Below are positions 10,969 through 19,859 of a stretch of DNA of 20,000 nucleotides, in pieces. The notes under the pieces were generated by a model. It saw only the letters and a program-made list of their open reading frames with translations. It did no database searches and was not told the origin of the DNA. A program made the position numbers and the translations under genes. The first letter of the stretch is position 1. Each line of letters opens with the position of its first letter. Source of the DNA: Vicugna vicugna. Its lineage: Eukaryota. The stretch is from positions 61,711 through 81,710 of the forward strand of contig PNXW01000517.1 of NCBI GenBank assembly GCA_013265495.1, in the 5' to 3' direction.

Positions 10969-12086
10969 AATATAGTTCCCTATGAGTACAGTATAAACTT
11001 GTTTTTATCTATATAATATATAATAGTATCTGCAAATCTTGAACTCCTAATTTATCCCTTCCCACCCCCCTCCACCACCGGGTAACCCTAAATTTGTTTT
11101 CTATGTCTATGAGTCTGTTTCTGGTTTATAAATAAGTTCATTTGTGTCTTTTTTGGGGGGGGGTCCACATATAAGTGACATCATGGCATTTTTCTTTCTT
11201 TTTCTGGGTTACTTCATTTAGAATGACAATCTCCAGGTGCATCCATGTTGCTGCAAATGGCATTATTTTATTCTTTTTTATGGCTGAGTAGTATTCCATT
11301 GTATATGTATACCACAGCTTCTTTATTCAGTCATCTGTCAATGGACGGCTAGATTATTTTCTTGTTTTGGCTATTGTAAATTGTGCATTGGGGTGCATAT
11401 ATCTTTTCAAATTAGAGTTCCCTCCAGGTATATTCCCAAGAGTGGGATTGCTGGATCATATGGTAAGTTTATTTTTCATTTTTTAGGGAATGTCCATATT
11501 GTTCTCCATAACAGCTACACCAAACTACATTCCCACCAACAGTGTAGGAGGGTTCCCTTTTCTGCACACCCTCTGCAGCATTTATCATGTATGTATTTTT
11601 TAATGACCATTCTGACTGGTGTGAGATAATACCTCATTGTTTTTTATTTGTATTTCCCTGATAATTAGTAATATTGAACATTCTTTCACGTACCTGTTGG
11701 CCATTTGAATGTCTTCATTGGAGAAACTTTTTTTTAAGTCTTCTGCCTATTTTTGATTGGGTTTTTTGTTTATTTCCTGTTGAGTTGTATGAGCTGTTTT
11801 TATATTCTGGAAATTAAGCTCTTGTCAGTAGCATCATTTGTAAATATTCTCTCCTGTGTCAAAGGTTGGCTTTTTGTTTTGCTTATGATTTCCTTTGCTG
11901 TGCAAAAGCTAGTAAGTTTAATTAGGTTCCATTTGTTTATTTTTGCTTTTATTTCGATTATTTAATTAGGTTCCATTTGTTTGTTTTTGCTTTTATTTCG
12001 ATTGCCTGGGTAGACTGCCCTAAGAGACCATTGCTAAGATGTATGTCAGAAAATGTTTTGCCAATGTTTTCTTCTAGGAGGTTTAT
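10969..12086 (-). mobile_element. L1 ORF2 C-terminus and 3' UTR (extreme 3' end and tail missing)
   Basis: Minus-strand translation gives [42 protein letters not shown] and CCRGCAEKGTLLHCWWEC (ORF2p Cys-rich domain). Its 3' UTR overlaps in sequence with the L1 at 57-277. Confidence 0.95.
11917..12003. repeat. 44-bp-period tandem duplication inside L1 ORF2
   Basis: TTTAATTAGGTTCCATTTGTTT[A/G]TTTTTGCTTTTATTTCGATT at 11917-11959 and 11961-12003, one mismatch. Confidence 0.95.
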
Positions 12087-12125
12087 ATTAGAGTTTTGTT
12101 TTGTTTTGTTTGTTTGTTTGTTTTA

Positions 12126-12810
12126 ATATAGGAGCATCCCTGTGTAGACTCTGCATGTCTAATACTTTTTGTTGCAAGTGCTGATTTAGTATGGATGTTT
12201 GCCACATCTTTCCTCCATGTGTGCTGGCTGTTATCTCTTGATTGGGTGTGTGGTTGGGGTTGTGTGACCAGAGTCTGCCCTGGATGTTCAGTGGAACCTC
12301 CTCTTTGCTCTGTGGGTGTTACAGCCCTCACAAGGCCCAGGTCTGCCCCTCTGTTGTTGGCATAAAGGCTTCCAGACCTGTTTCTGGGCTACAGTAATTG
12401 GGGGGCAGGAATGGAGCACTTCTACTGGAAAAGGATCCACTTAGTATTCCTCTGCAGACGTCCACCAGAGAGCATCTTCTGCAGTGTCACATGTCACTTG
12501 CCTGGCAGGCTTACATGGTACAATCTGATGTTTCTGCCCTTGTCCTTGTCTCAGCCGTGGGGATGTCAGCAACCCGCCTCGTTGTTTCTCAGGTTCTGTG
12601 CCCACACAGCCACCCATGCAGATCTGCTGACACCAGCTTCTAGGACCCATTGTAGTGCACGTGCAGTCACGCACCTGGATCCGCCATGAGCCACAGTGTC
12701 AGCCCAGATCCCAGGCCCACATCTGCATTCACAGGTTGGCATCCAGAGGCCTGGCCTGTTCGTGGATAACCTAGTGTCTCTTCTGTGTCTATAACCCATT
12801 CTGTGACCAA
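12126..12810 (-). mobile_element. L1 5' UTR-like GC-richer segment
   Basis: GGAGCATCCCTGTGTAGACT...TCTTTCCTCCATGTGTGCTGGC...CCTCCTCTTTGCTCTGTGG resembles recalled L1M/L1MA 5' ends in antisense. Confidence 0.6.
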
Positions 12811-12819
12811 TTTATTCTA

Positions 12820-13425
12820 ACACGGGAATCTTAAACTTAGTAGGTGGTTAAACTAACATGTTTTAAGTGCTTAATTCATGTGCATCAATTTTTGTGCCTT
12901 TTGGCTTCTCGTATTCCCATTAGCAGTAGCCTTCACCTCAAGTACGCCTTAACATACCATTAGTAACCAAAGAGAGGTTTCCGCAGACTGGTGAAGAGAA
13001 GGCCTTGTGCGCACGCAAGCAGTTTCCATGGAACTGAGGATTAGGGAAAGGATAAAATCAGCAGACTCCAAATAAAGCTGACTGCAGATGGATTCTGAAC
13101 AAAAGCTGGACTATAACTGCTGCCAGCAATCCCCAACATGGAATATAGGGGCAAGAAATGGAGTTTCCAATAAAATGAGGAATTGCAGACTAAACTATCA
13201 ATTGTTTCTAATTATGGAACTGACTAGAAATCCAATTAGATTGGAAGCTCAATGCAAAAAAAAAAAAAAACAAAGTGGAGCTCAGAACCAAGGGTAACTT
13301 AGCTGTCTCCCAGGGAAACAGTGAGAAAGACAGAAAGCTCAAAAGGGTTTGTGGGCACCACACCTGTGCGTCTCATTGGTCCTGAGGCCATCACCACTGT
13401 CCTTCAGATCACATCACCGCCACCA
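12820..13425 (-). mobile_element. ERV1 5' internal leader
   Basis: Begins at the PBS adjoining the LTR; MER4-group-like leader sequence. Confidence 0.65.
13408..13425 (-). promoter_or_regulatory. Primer-binding site, tRNA-Leu(AAG/TAG)-like
   Basis: Minus strand TGGTGGCGGTGATGTGAT matches TGGTGGCAGCGGTGGGAT (complement of the tRNA-Leu 3' end) at 14/18, right after the LTR. Confidence 0.6.
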
Positions 13426-13429
13426 AGTC

Positions 13430-13825
13430 AGTTAATACACAAAACTCTACTGAGGATATTTGAAATTCTAATTGGCTTTATTCAATGTTTCATGAATCTG
13501 GCAACATCCTATCTAACAATTAGAAGGGAGTCTGAGACGTTGTACAAAGTGGCACACTTTTGTAGGCATAGAAAGGGTAAAAATGTTATCCCAGCAAAGA
13601 GTGCATTGTTTCAGGCAAAGTTACCCTTTGGAAGAAGGTGCAGATCTACCAGGCAGATTCTCGCGTTAGTGCTGCCAGGTAATTCCAGACTGATTCATTA
13701 AGATTACATTTCTTTGAGAGGCTGAAACTGTAATTAGGTTAGGTATTAAGTCTTAGTTTGATGACATGGGTTTACCACAAGTAACTCCATTTTGGGCCTT
13801 TTATCTTTTTTTTTTTTAAATAACA
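13430..13825 (-). mobile_element. ERV1 5' LTR (MER4-group-like)
   Basis: Minus strand starts TGTTA...AAAAGGCCCAAAATGGAGT, has a TATA-like CCTACAAAAG and AATAAAGCCAATTAG (~13480), and is followed by a PBS. Confidence 0.75.
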
Positions 13826-14149
13826 AAAATTAGCTAGAAAGCGATGGAAAGTTAGGACACTAACTACAGGAATTAATGAGAAAAAATGATATTTAAGAGA
13901 TGCAATTAAAATGATTTCATGATAGTTTGGCTTTGTGGAAATGAGAAAAGAGTTGAGATTAAGCTCAGAGGTCTCATTGGTCCCAATGTATGACACATAC
14001 GCATTGGTTTCCTCTGCAAAGTAGTTAAGTACTCAGTAAACATTTAATGACCGATAAGTCATTTGTTCCAAGAAGCAACTGTCTTTTTCTGCCTCCAAAT
14101 TTTAATCACAAATAAAATGTATAGTGTGAGTTGACCTAAATCTTAAGAT

Positions 14150-15334
14150 TGAGGACTCCAAAGTCATGTCTATATTAATCAAATCAAAAAGCTTAAGTTA
14201 GCTTCAACATCAGATATCTGTTCAGTACTGAATAGTTCCCAGATCACATAAACCTAAAATTTATTCTGGCCAGTTTCTTTTAGATTTCTGAGTATTTATA
14301 AAAGTACTTAATTTCCTTTAAGCCAATTAAATTAAGCTTTTTTTTCAAATTAATTTTGGCAATGCCATATATTTACAACACACATACAGATATACACTAA
14401 CACAAAGAAACAGAGACTTCATGGATCCCATTCCAAAATTTCAGCCACGAACCAGGTATAACAATGTAAAATGAATCAGTTAACAAGAGAGGTTGGATTC
14501 AAATTGGATTCTGACAGATGGAACAAATAAAGGTCACCTGTCTAGACTTTTCACTAACATTTGTGGAGAAGACACTTAAGATTTCTATTGGTCCTTGACA
14601 AGTCAAATTCCAAATTCCCTACCCTCTTTGGTGAAATTTTTATTTTAAAAAGATGGGAGAAATAAGGGTTCCAGGAGAAAACCACGTAGAACATTTGCAT
14701 CTCAAAGGTATAGGAGGAGAAAGGCACATTCCTTCTAGGATGACGTTGTTCCCTGAAGGCCAGGAAAAAAAAATCCAAAATGCTCACAAGCATCTAAGCT
14801 AAGTAGGGAAGGTTCTCGGGATGGTAAAAAGATTGATGGGCTTCGGATAATTTCTGGACTCACACCTCTGGCACTGCGAAGACTAGATTTGTAAAACAAG
14901 GATAGTTGTTTTTCCTCAAACAACTGAGTGACCACCTCAATGATATCAAAGGACTGACACACACAGTCATGTATATTTGAATGTTTTATTTTCTCTCATT
15001 TAACTTAGCAGAGGGGGGCCTCCTCTCAAAACTTCTATCAGACCCAATACCAGCTACAGTCAGTTTAGGCAGACCCGTGGCCTCCCGTTTTGGTAATCTA
15101 TTTACACATACTTGTGACAATCCCCCCTGAGTTTCAGAGAATCTCTAATTATGGCCCTCAGTTTAGCCTTTGATCTGAAGTTCTTGCTTACAGCCTCATG
15201 TGACCCCATTTCTAACAGCAGCCTGATGATTTTCAGCCCGTGTTTTAGTCAATCTTATTCCTACCCCGTAGACACTTTTGACTTGAATTTCATCCTAGGT
15301 ACACAGAGTGGAGGCACTTGTGGTGTTACGAGTC
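14150..15334 (-). mobile_element. ERV1 (MER4-group) internal segment with short gag-CA-like relic
   Basis: MER4-int-like AT-rich sequence (AGCCAATTAAATTAAGCTTT...AAAATTTCAGCCACGAACCAGG). Minus 15173-15111 reads SKAKLRAIIRDSLKLRGDCHK, similar to the capsid motif KAELRAIVKDFP. Confidence 0.6.
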
Positions 15335-15615
15335 TCTGGGCCTGTCCACTCCAAGGCGAAGAGATACTGGGAGTCTGGTTGCAGGCAAATTCAAAAGAAA
15401 GCATCCTTTAGGTCAAGCACTGTGAACTAGTTTGCGTTCTCTGGGATTTGGGTCAATATAGGGTATGGACCCGGGAGAATTAGGTAAACTGGGACCACTG
15501 CCTCATTAACTGCCTTCAGGTCTTGGACAAAGAACTGACTTTTCTTTTTTTTTTTTTTTATGGCAGAATGGGGATAATATATGGAGTTTTGCAGGGTCAG
15601 AACAGCCCATATTTT
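15335..15615 (-). pseudogene. pol: ERV1 reverse transcriptase remnant, 3' part (downstream of the ATMIN insertion)
   Basis: Minus strand: KYGLF*PCKTPYIIPILP*KK...FVQDLKAVNEAVVPVYLILPGPYPILTQIPENAN*FTVLDLKDAFF*ICLQPDSQYLFALEW, the gamma-like RT motifs VQDL and LDLKDAFF. Confidence 0.9.
15595..15615. repeat. Left target-site duplication of the ATMIN retrocopy
   Basis: GGTCAGAACAGCCCATATTTT matches 19512-19532 GGTCAGAAGAGCCCGTATTTT at 19/21. Confidence 0.95.
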
Positions 15616-15684
15616 TTTTTTGTTTGTTTGTTTGTTTTGTTTTGTTTTGTTTTTTTTGGTTTTTTTTTAGAATTCTCACTTCTC

Positions 15685-15690
15685 TTTAAT
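15685..15690 (-). terminator. Polyadenylation signal ATTAAA of the ATMIN retrocopy
   Basis: TTTAAT on the plus strand, ~16 nt from the start of the poly(A) tail. Confidence 0.85.
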
Positions 15691-15838
15691 CACTGAGTTT
15701 AAGCTTTTACAAATAATAGAACAATTCAGGTAACTCAGGTTTTGAGGGGAAACAGTTCTTACTTACACATGAAGAACTATTACATGCTCCATTTTTCTGT
15801 AAATAACTCTACTGGCTGGGTTAACAAACGTCACAGAA

Positions 15839-15861
15839 ACACACACACACACACACACACA
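15839..15861. repeat. (CA)n microsatellite in the ATMIN 3' UTR copy
   Basis: Directly visible, about 11 units. Confidence 0.9.
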
Positions 15862-17646
15862 ATTTGTAAAGCCATAGATCACTGCATATATATTTACAAA
15901 AAGCCATAAACAAACATGCATTTCTCCTTTGCTAGGAGAACTTAAATTAAATGTTTGAACATTAAGGCAGTGATGATTCTAAAACATAATGAAATTCTAA
16001 GTTAAGGCTTTATGTTTGCTTTGAAACCCATATTCGTAGGCAACTGTGACCAAAGCATACTTTAATCTCAGGTTGAGTTCATCTGTCCAGGGTATGCTAT
16101 TTCTCCATATCAACAATCCTTCCACGGGATCAGAATTAGTAGCAACACCACTGATTTATTTTAATGAATTATTAGTCTCCTCCTTAGGTTTTATTTTGAG
16201 GATTTAGCCTCCAGCAGCATAAGCATGTGCCAAAGAAGGAACAGAGCATTTTTTGGGGTAAACTTAGAAAAATTTACAGGCTTCCCAGATTTTTACTTGC
16301 CTGAAAGTTGGCCAAAAATCAAGAATTCTGGATCTCCTAAATACAGAAAACCCTAAAAGCACACTTGACCACACACCCATCTCAAAACATAGATGTTATT
16401 ACTGAAGCAATCGTCTTCACCTCATTTTCTTTGAAGACTGGTATTACCCTCTCTAAAAAAATAAATAAAGCAACAAAATGCAGAATACCGTATCTTAGAT
16501 GGATCTATTCTATAACTGCTATCCTCAAGGCACAAATACTATCCTTGCTAGGCCAATGTGTTTCCTCATTTAAGGGAAAAATGAGAGGTGGATGAAAAGA
16601 AGATTCACTTTTAAGATAACTGTTGATTGCACTCTTGCCCTATTCAGCTTATGCAAAGTCTTGATGTTTAGGAAGGGATGTCCTTTTCCCTTAATGTTAT
16701 TTATTTATTTACTCACTTATTTAACACTTAGAGTGACAAAATTCAGCTAGTGGGCGTACTCTGGGGAGAGGCTCTGGAGCACCACCCTGGCTGTAGGGAG
16801 GAGGCGGCGGGATGCTCGTAGGACACACTCCAGTGTGAGCCAACAGGAGTGATTCCACAGCCCAGCATTTCCATAGCTGGGGGGACTTACTGTCATTTAG
16901 ACGAGAAGGATCACTATTTACACTAAGTGCTGGCTGCTACTTCTTGAAGCAATAATTTTACAGCAACATGGCTTGTGAGGAAGTACTGTAGTTACGTTGG
17001 TATCAATAACAGTTCATGTACAGAAAGGATGGCATTGACTATATGGAAACTGTCTCAAAAGCTAAAGACAACTGTAGTATTCCTTTGTGTCTTCAAATCA
17101 GGGAAGAATAAGATGACAAAGCAGATGAAGCTGCAGGCAACATGAGTCAAACCATCGAAGCGTTGGTGTTTCAATCTGATGGCGCAGTATCAGATCTCTT
17201 TAGATATTATCAGGAAACAGGAATTTCTAACAAGCACTGTCAAAAATATTTTAGGTGCAATTTAAGTCATACTTTGACTAAAATGTTTTGAAGATTTGAA
17301 AAGTTTGTACCCTAGTCCTGGTGAGCTTGGCTTCAGCTAAATGGCTAGATGGGTTTTAAAGGTGTGAAATACATTTTTTTTTAAAGAAGGGAAGACTACA
17401 CTGAAAGGGCAAATGTAGGCAACACAAAAACAATCATTTTTAGATCAACATCTTACACTTTATGATACACTCACAAATTTTTACACAAATTTCATGTTTA
17501 CAAGTACAAAAGGCAAAGAACCTCAAAGAATCGAAGTAACTGTATCATCAACTACATTCAATAGAGTTAATACTGTTGTCCCCACTCTCCACTTTCTAAA
17601 TCCAGAAGGGAACTGTAAATGCCACCCCACAATGTGGACTCCACTT

Positions 17647-19461
17647 TTAGAAGTTGGACACTGTGTGTAGTTCTGCACACGTCTGGGTTTCAACAGAGCT
17701 GAACTGAGATTCCATTGTGTTCCAGGCCAAGTCAGCTAGAAGAAAGTCGTCCATTGCTGTTTGAGTTTCATTGCTGGTGAAGAACAAGCTCCCCAAAGTT
17801 TCAAAGCCAGAATTCATGGTCTGTGTTTCTGTGCTGTTCAACTGAACTTTGCTTTCTAAAGCAGGTATGTTTTTAGCAGTGGAGATTCCTTCGGTTTGGG
17901 TCTCTGTGTCAGAGGAATCAGTACTCATGGAAAAGCTGGAGTGTTTCAGAATACTTCCCAGAGGCAGATGAGGGCTACTGTCTAAAAAGAAGTTTAAGTC
18001 CGTCTGTGTCTGTGTGTCAAACATTTCAAGGCCTAAGAAGTTAGAATTTCCCCTATAACCATAGGACTGGGCAGAGGTGTCTGCAAGTAAGAAGTCAGTT
18101 TGGGTCTCTATGTCCAGTGATTCCAGGACTGGCTCAGTGGTCATGGTGCTAAGCTCACTCTCTTCAGTTTGAGTCTGGATATTTGAGGCTGAAAAGAACT
18201 CTTCAATATCAAAATCAATTGCGGGATTCTGGGTTGGGCCAGATGGGAGCTGGCTGTCAGGTCCAGAATTTGTGTCAGACAAAAGACTACGATTGTCCAG
18301 TGTCTGACCAGGCAGATTACTCGACAAGATATTTTCTAGATCACTTAATAAATCTATGGTTTGGGTCTGATTATCTGTCATGTTCTGTGAAGGAAGCAGA
18401 CTATTCTGTGCACTGAAGTTTATAACTGGTGCGGATTTCTCAATATCTTGATGTAAAGTCTTAGGGTGGTTCTGAGGTAACAAACCATGAGTCACGGTCT
18501 CTGTTACCAAGCTGCTGCTTATAATACTGTCTGCAGAAACGCCGTATGATGAATGGACACTCTCAAAAATATCTCCACACATTACAGCTTGGTCCATCTG
18601 CACTCGATCATCTGTTGGACTTTGCATCCCACTGGTTTGAGTTTCTCTAGAGATCCCACCTGACTGGAAACAGGCATCTATAAACGCATCAGTCTGAGCA
18701 GCAATAGATGAGGTTACCTTAGAACTTGGAGGTGTTGTCAGAGTCTGCTTTCTGGCAGTAGAGTTGCAAGAGTCTTCAAAAGAAGCCACCAGCTTTATTT
18801 CTGAAGTTTCCAGTTCTTGAGTATCTGGTCTTGGGGTTTGTTGGCTGCTCAGTGATTCGACGGTCTTACTGGACAACTTCTGGTTGTGCAGGCAGTTTTC
18901 CATTTTCCTTTTCTTACTAGGTGGATCCCTGTGTTCTGCAGGGATCTCATGGCCAGTTCGGTAGACGTGGGACTGCAGTGCAGTTCTGCTGGCATAGGGA
19001 CAGCCGCACGTGCACTGGAAGGTCTTGCCACAGTCTTCCGCATGTCTTCTTAAGTCCCATTCAGTGCCGTAGGAGTTGCTGCACTTGCTGCATGTATGTT
19101 TCTTTTCAGCATGCATTTTCATAAAGTGCTGTTTTACGAGAGAAAATTGAGAAAATGGTCTGTCAGGGCCTCGAGGGCATCCTTCAATTGGACAACAGTA
19201 GCATTTCGGTACAGTTTTCAAATCTCTTCTTATTGTTGGATTCACTCTGCCATCCTGCAGGCGGTGGCTCTTGACCAGGTGCATGTTGAGCGCGGGGCTG
19301 GTGGGCAGGATCTTGCCGCAGCCGCGCACCGTGCACAGGATGTTGGTTCGCACCGCCCGGGACAGCTCGCTCACCGATGGCTGGATGAGCTCCCGGGCCG
19401 GCGGCGCCGGACCCGCCGGCTGCTGCCTCGCAGCTGCGAGTCGCGGCCGGCAGCCCCTCAA
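17647..19461 (-). CDS. ATMIN: Uninterrupted 604-codon ATMIN-derived ORF: 4 zinc fingers, NLS, TQT-motif cluster; no ATG at its start, first Met at codon 60 (19284)
   Basis: Near-identical to recalled human ATMIN (ELIQPSVSELSRAVRTNILC..., PPSKKRK, ...LAWNTMESQFSSVETQT..HTVSNF*). Identity as ATMIN is secure; whether it is translated is unknown. Confidence 0.55.
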   Translation of the reverse strand: MRGCRPRLAAARQQPAGPAPPARELIQPSVSELSRAVRTNILCTVRGCGKILPTSPALNMHLVKSHRLQDGRVNPTIRRDLKTVPKCYCCPIEGCPRGPDRPFSQFSLVKQHFMKMHAEKKHTCSKCSNSYGTEWDLRRHAEDCGKTFQCTCGCPYASRTALQSHVYRTGHEIPAEHRDPPSKKRKMENCLHNQKLSSKTVESLSSQQTPRPDTQELETSEIKLVASFEDSCNSTARKQTLTTPPSSKVTSSIAAQTDAFIDACFQSGGISRETQTSGMQSPTDDRVQMDQAVMCGDIFESVHSSYGVSADSIISSSLVTETVTHGLLPQNHPKTLHQDIEKSAPVINFSAQNSLLPSQNMTDNQTQTIDLLSDLENILSSNLPGQTLDNRSLLSDTNSGPDSQLPSGPTQNPAIDFDIEEFFSASNIQTQTEESELSTMTTEPVLESLDIETQTDFLLADTSAQSYGYRGNSNFLGLEMFDTQTQTDLNFFLDSSPHLPLGSILKHSSFSMSTDSSDTETQTEGISTAKNIPALESKVQLNSTETQTMNSGFETLGSLFFTSNETQTAMDDFLLADLAWNTMESQFSSVETQTCAELHTVSNF

Positions 19462-19511
19462 CCGACCGCCGCCTCGGAGGCCACCAAGGCTCCCGCACGG
19501 CAGTCGGCCGA
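19260..19511. promoter_or_regulatory. CpG-rich segment derived from ATMIN exon 1
   Basis: Very GC-rich with many intact CpGs, against an AT-rich, CpG-poor background. Confidence 0.5.
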
Positions 19512-19532
19512 GGTCAGAAGAGCCCGTATTTT
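19512..19532. repeat. Right target-site duplication plus L1 endonuclease site
   Basis: GGTCAGAAGAGCCCGTATTTT followed by AA gives TTTT/AA, the L1 ORF2p nicking consensus. Confidence 0.95.
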
Positions 19533-19690
19533 AATAACTTGGTTTCTACAATTTGGATGCCTCGCTGGGCCTTGGGTCTCAAGAGGGACTGTTTTTCCAT
19601 GGGTAACCAGCATTGCATTTTAACAATATCAGAACTGGGGGCACATAAGTAGCTCTACCGGGGACCTCAGTGTCCCAAACAGAGAAGTCC
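19512..19690 (-). pseudogene. pol: ERV1 reverse transcriptase remnant, 5' part (upstream of the ATMIN insertion)
   Basis: Minus strand: VWDTEVP.RATYVPPVLILLKCNAGYPWKKQSLLRPKAQRGIQIVETKLLKYGLF (with frameshifts). Joins the 15615-15335 segment through the TSD. Confidence 0.85.
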
Positions 19691-19859
19691 TTTCACCGTT
19701 TAAGTCCAGCAGGGATTCGGGGCTGGGGCAGGCAGCAGCGTGGGCAGGCTTGCTCACAGGGTCTGCGGGTATGTGGGTTTGATGTTTGGGTCTACATTAA
19801 AATTGTATGCTCACTTGACTTTCTTTTCTCCAGGGGAGAGCTCTAAAGAAGAGGAAATA

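Larger units (their letters stand above)
15616..19511 (-). pseudogene. ATMIN: ATMIN (ATM interactor / ASCIZ / ZNF822) processed retrocopy: ~24-nt 5' UTR, CDS, ~2-kb 3' UTR, poly(A)
   Basis: Intronless across the recalled exon junctions (RLQ|DG, VKQ|HF, EHR|DP). Poly(A) tail decayed to T/GTTT runs at 15616-15668, ATTAAA at 15690-15685, flanking TSD. Parental start context CCGTGCGGGAGCC-ATG now reads -TTG (19487-19485). Confidence 0.95.

Noticed and set aside
13321..13701. 126-aa plus-strand ORF
   Set aside because: It runs antisense across an LTR/PBS, starts at GTG and has no recognisable homology.
54..15411. Remaining 60-92-aa ORFs in the ORF track
   Set aside because: They fall within L1, ERV or microsatellite sequence or lack recognisable homology. 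Only 3446..3640 reflects a real (decayed) integrase fragment.
15540..15559. T-run as a second poly(A) tail
   Set aside because: It lies outside the TSD, at the Lys-rich PVKK position of the RT remnant; most likely a slippage expansion.
17647..19461. The parental ATMIN gene
   Set aside because: No introns, a poly(A) tail, a TSD and a mutated start codon show it is a retrocopy.
19096..19623. 175-aa plus-strand ORF and other ORFs overlapping the ATMIN copy
   Set aside because: These are antisense or alternative-frame ORFs expected in GC-rich coding sequence; no recognisable protein.
15335..19690. Retroviral transduction (oncogene-style capture) of ATMIN
   Set aside because: The 21-bp TSD, poly(A) tail and TTTT/AA site point to L1-mediated insertion into an existing provirus.
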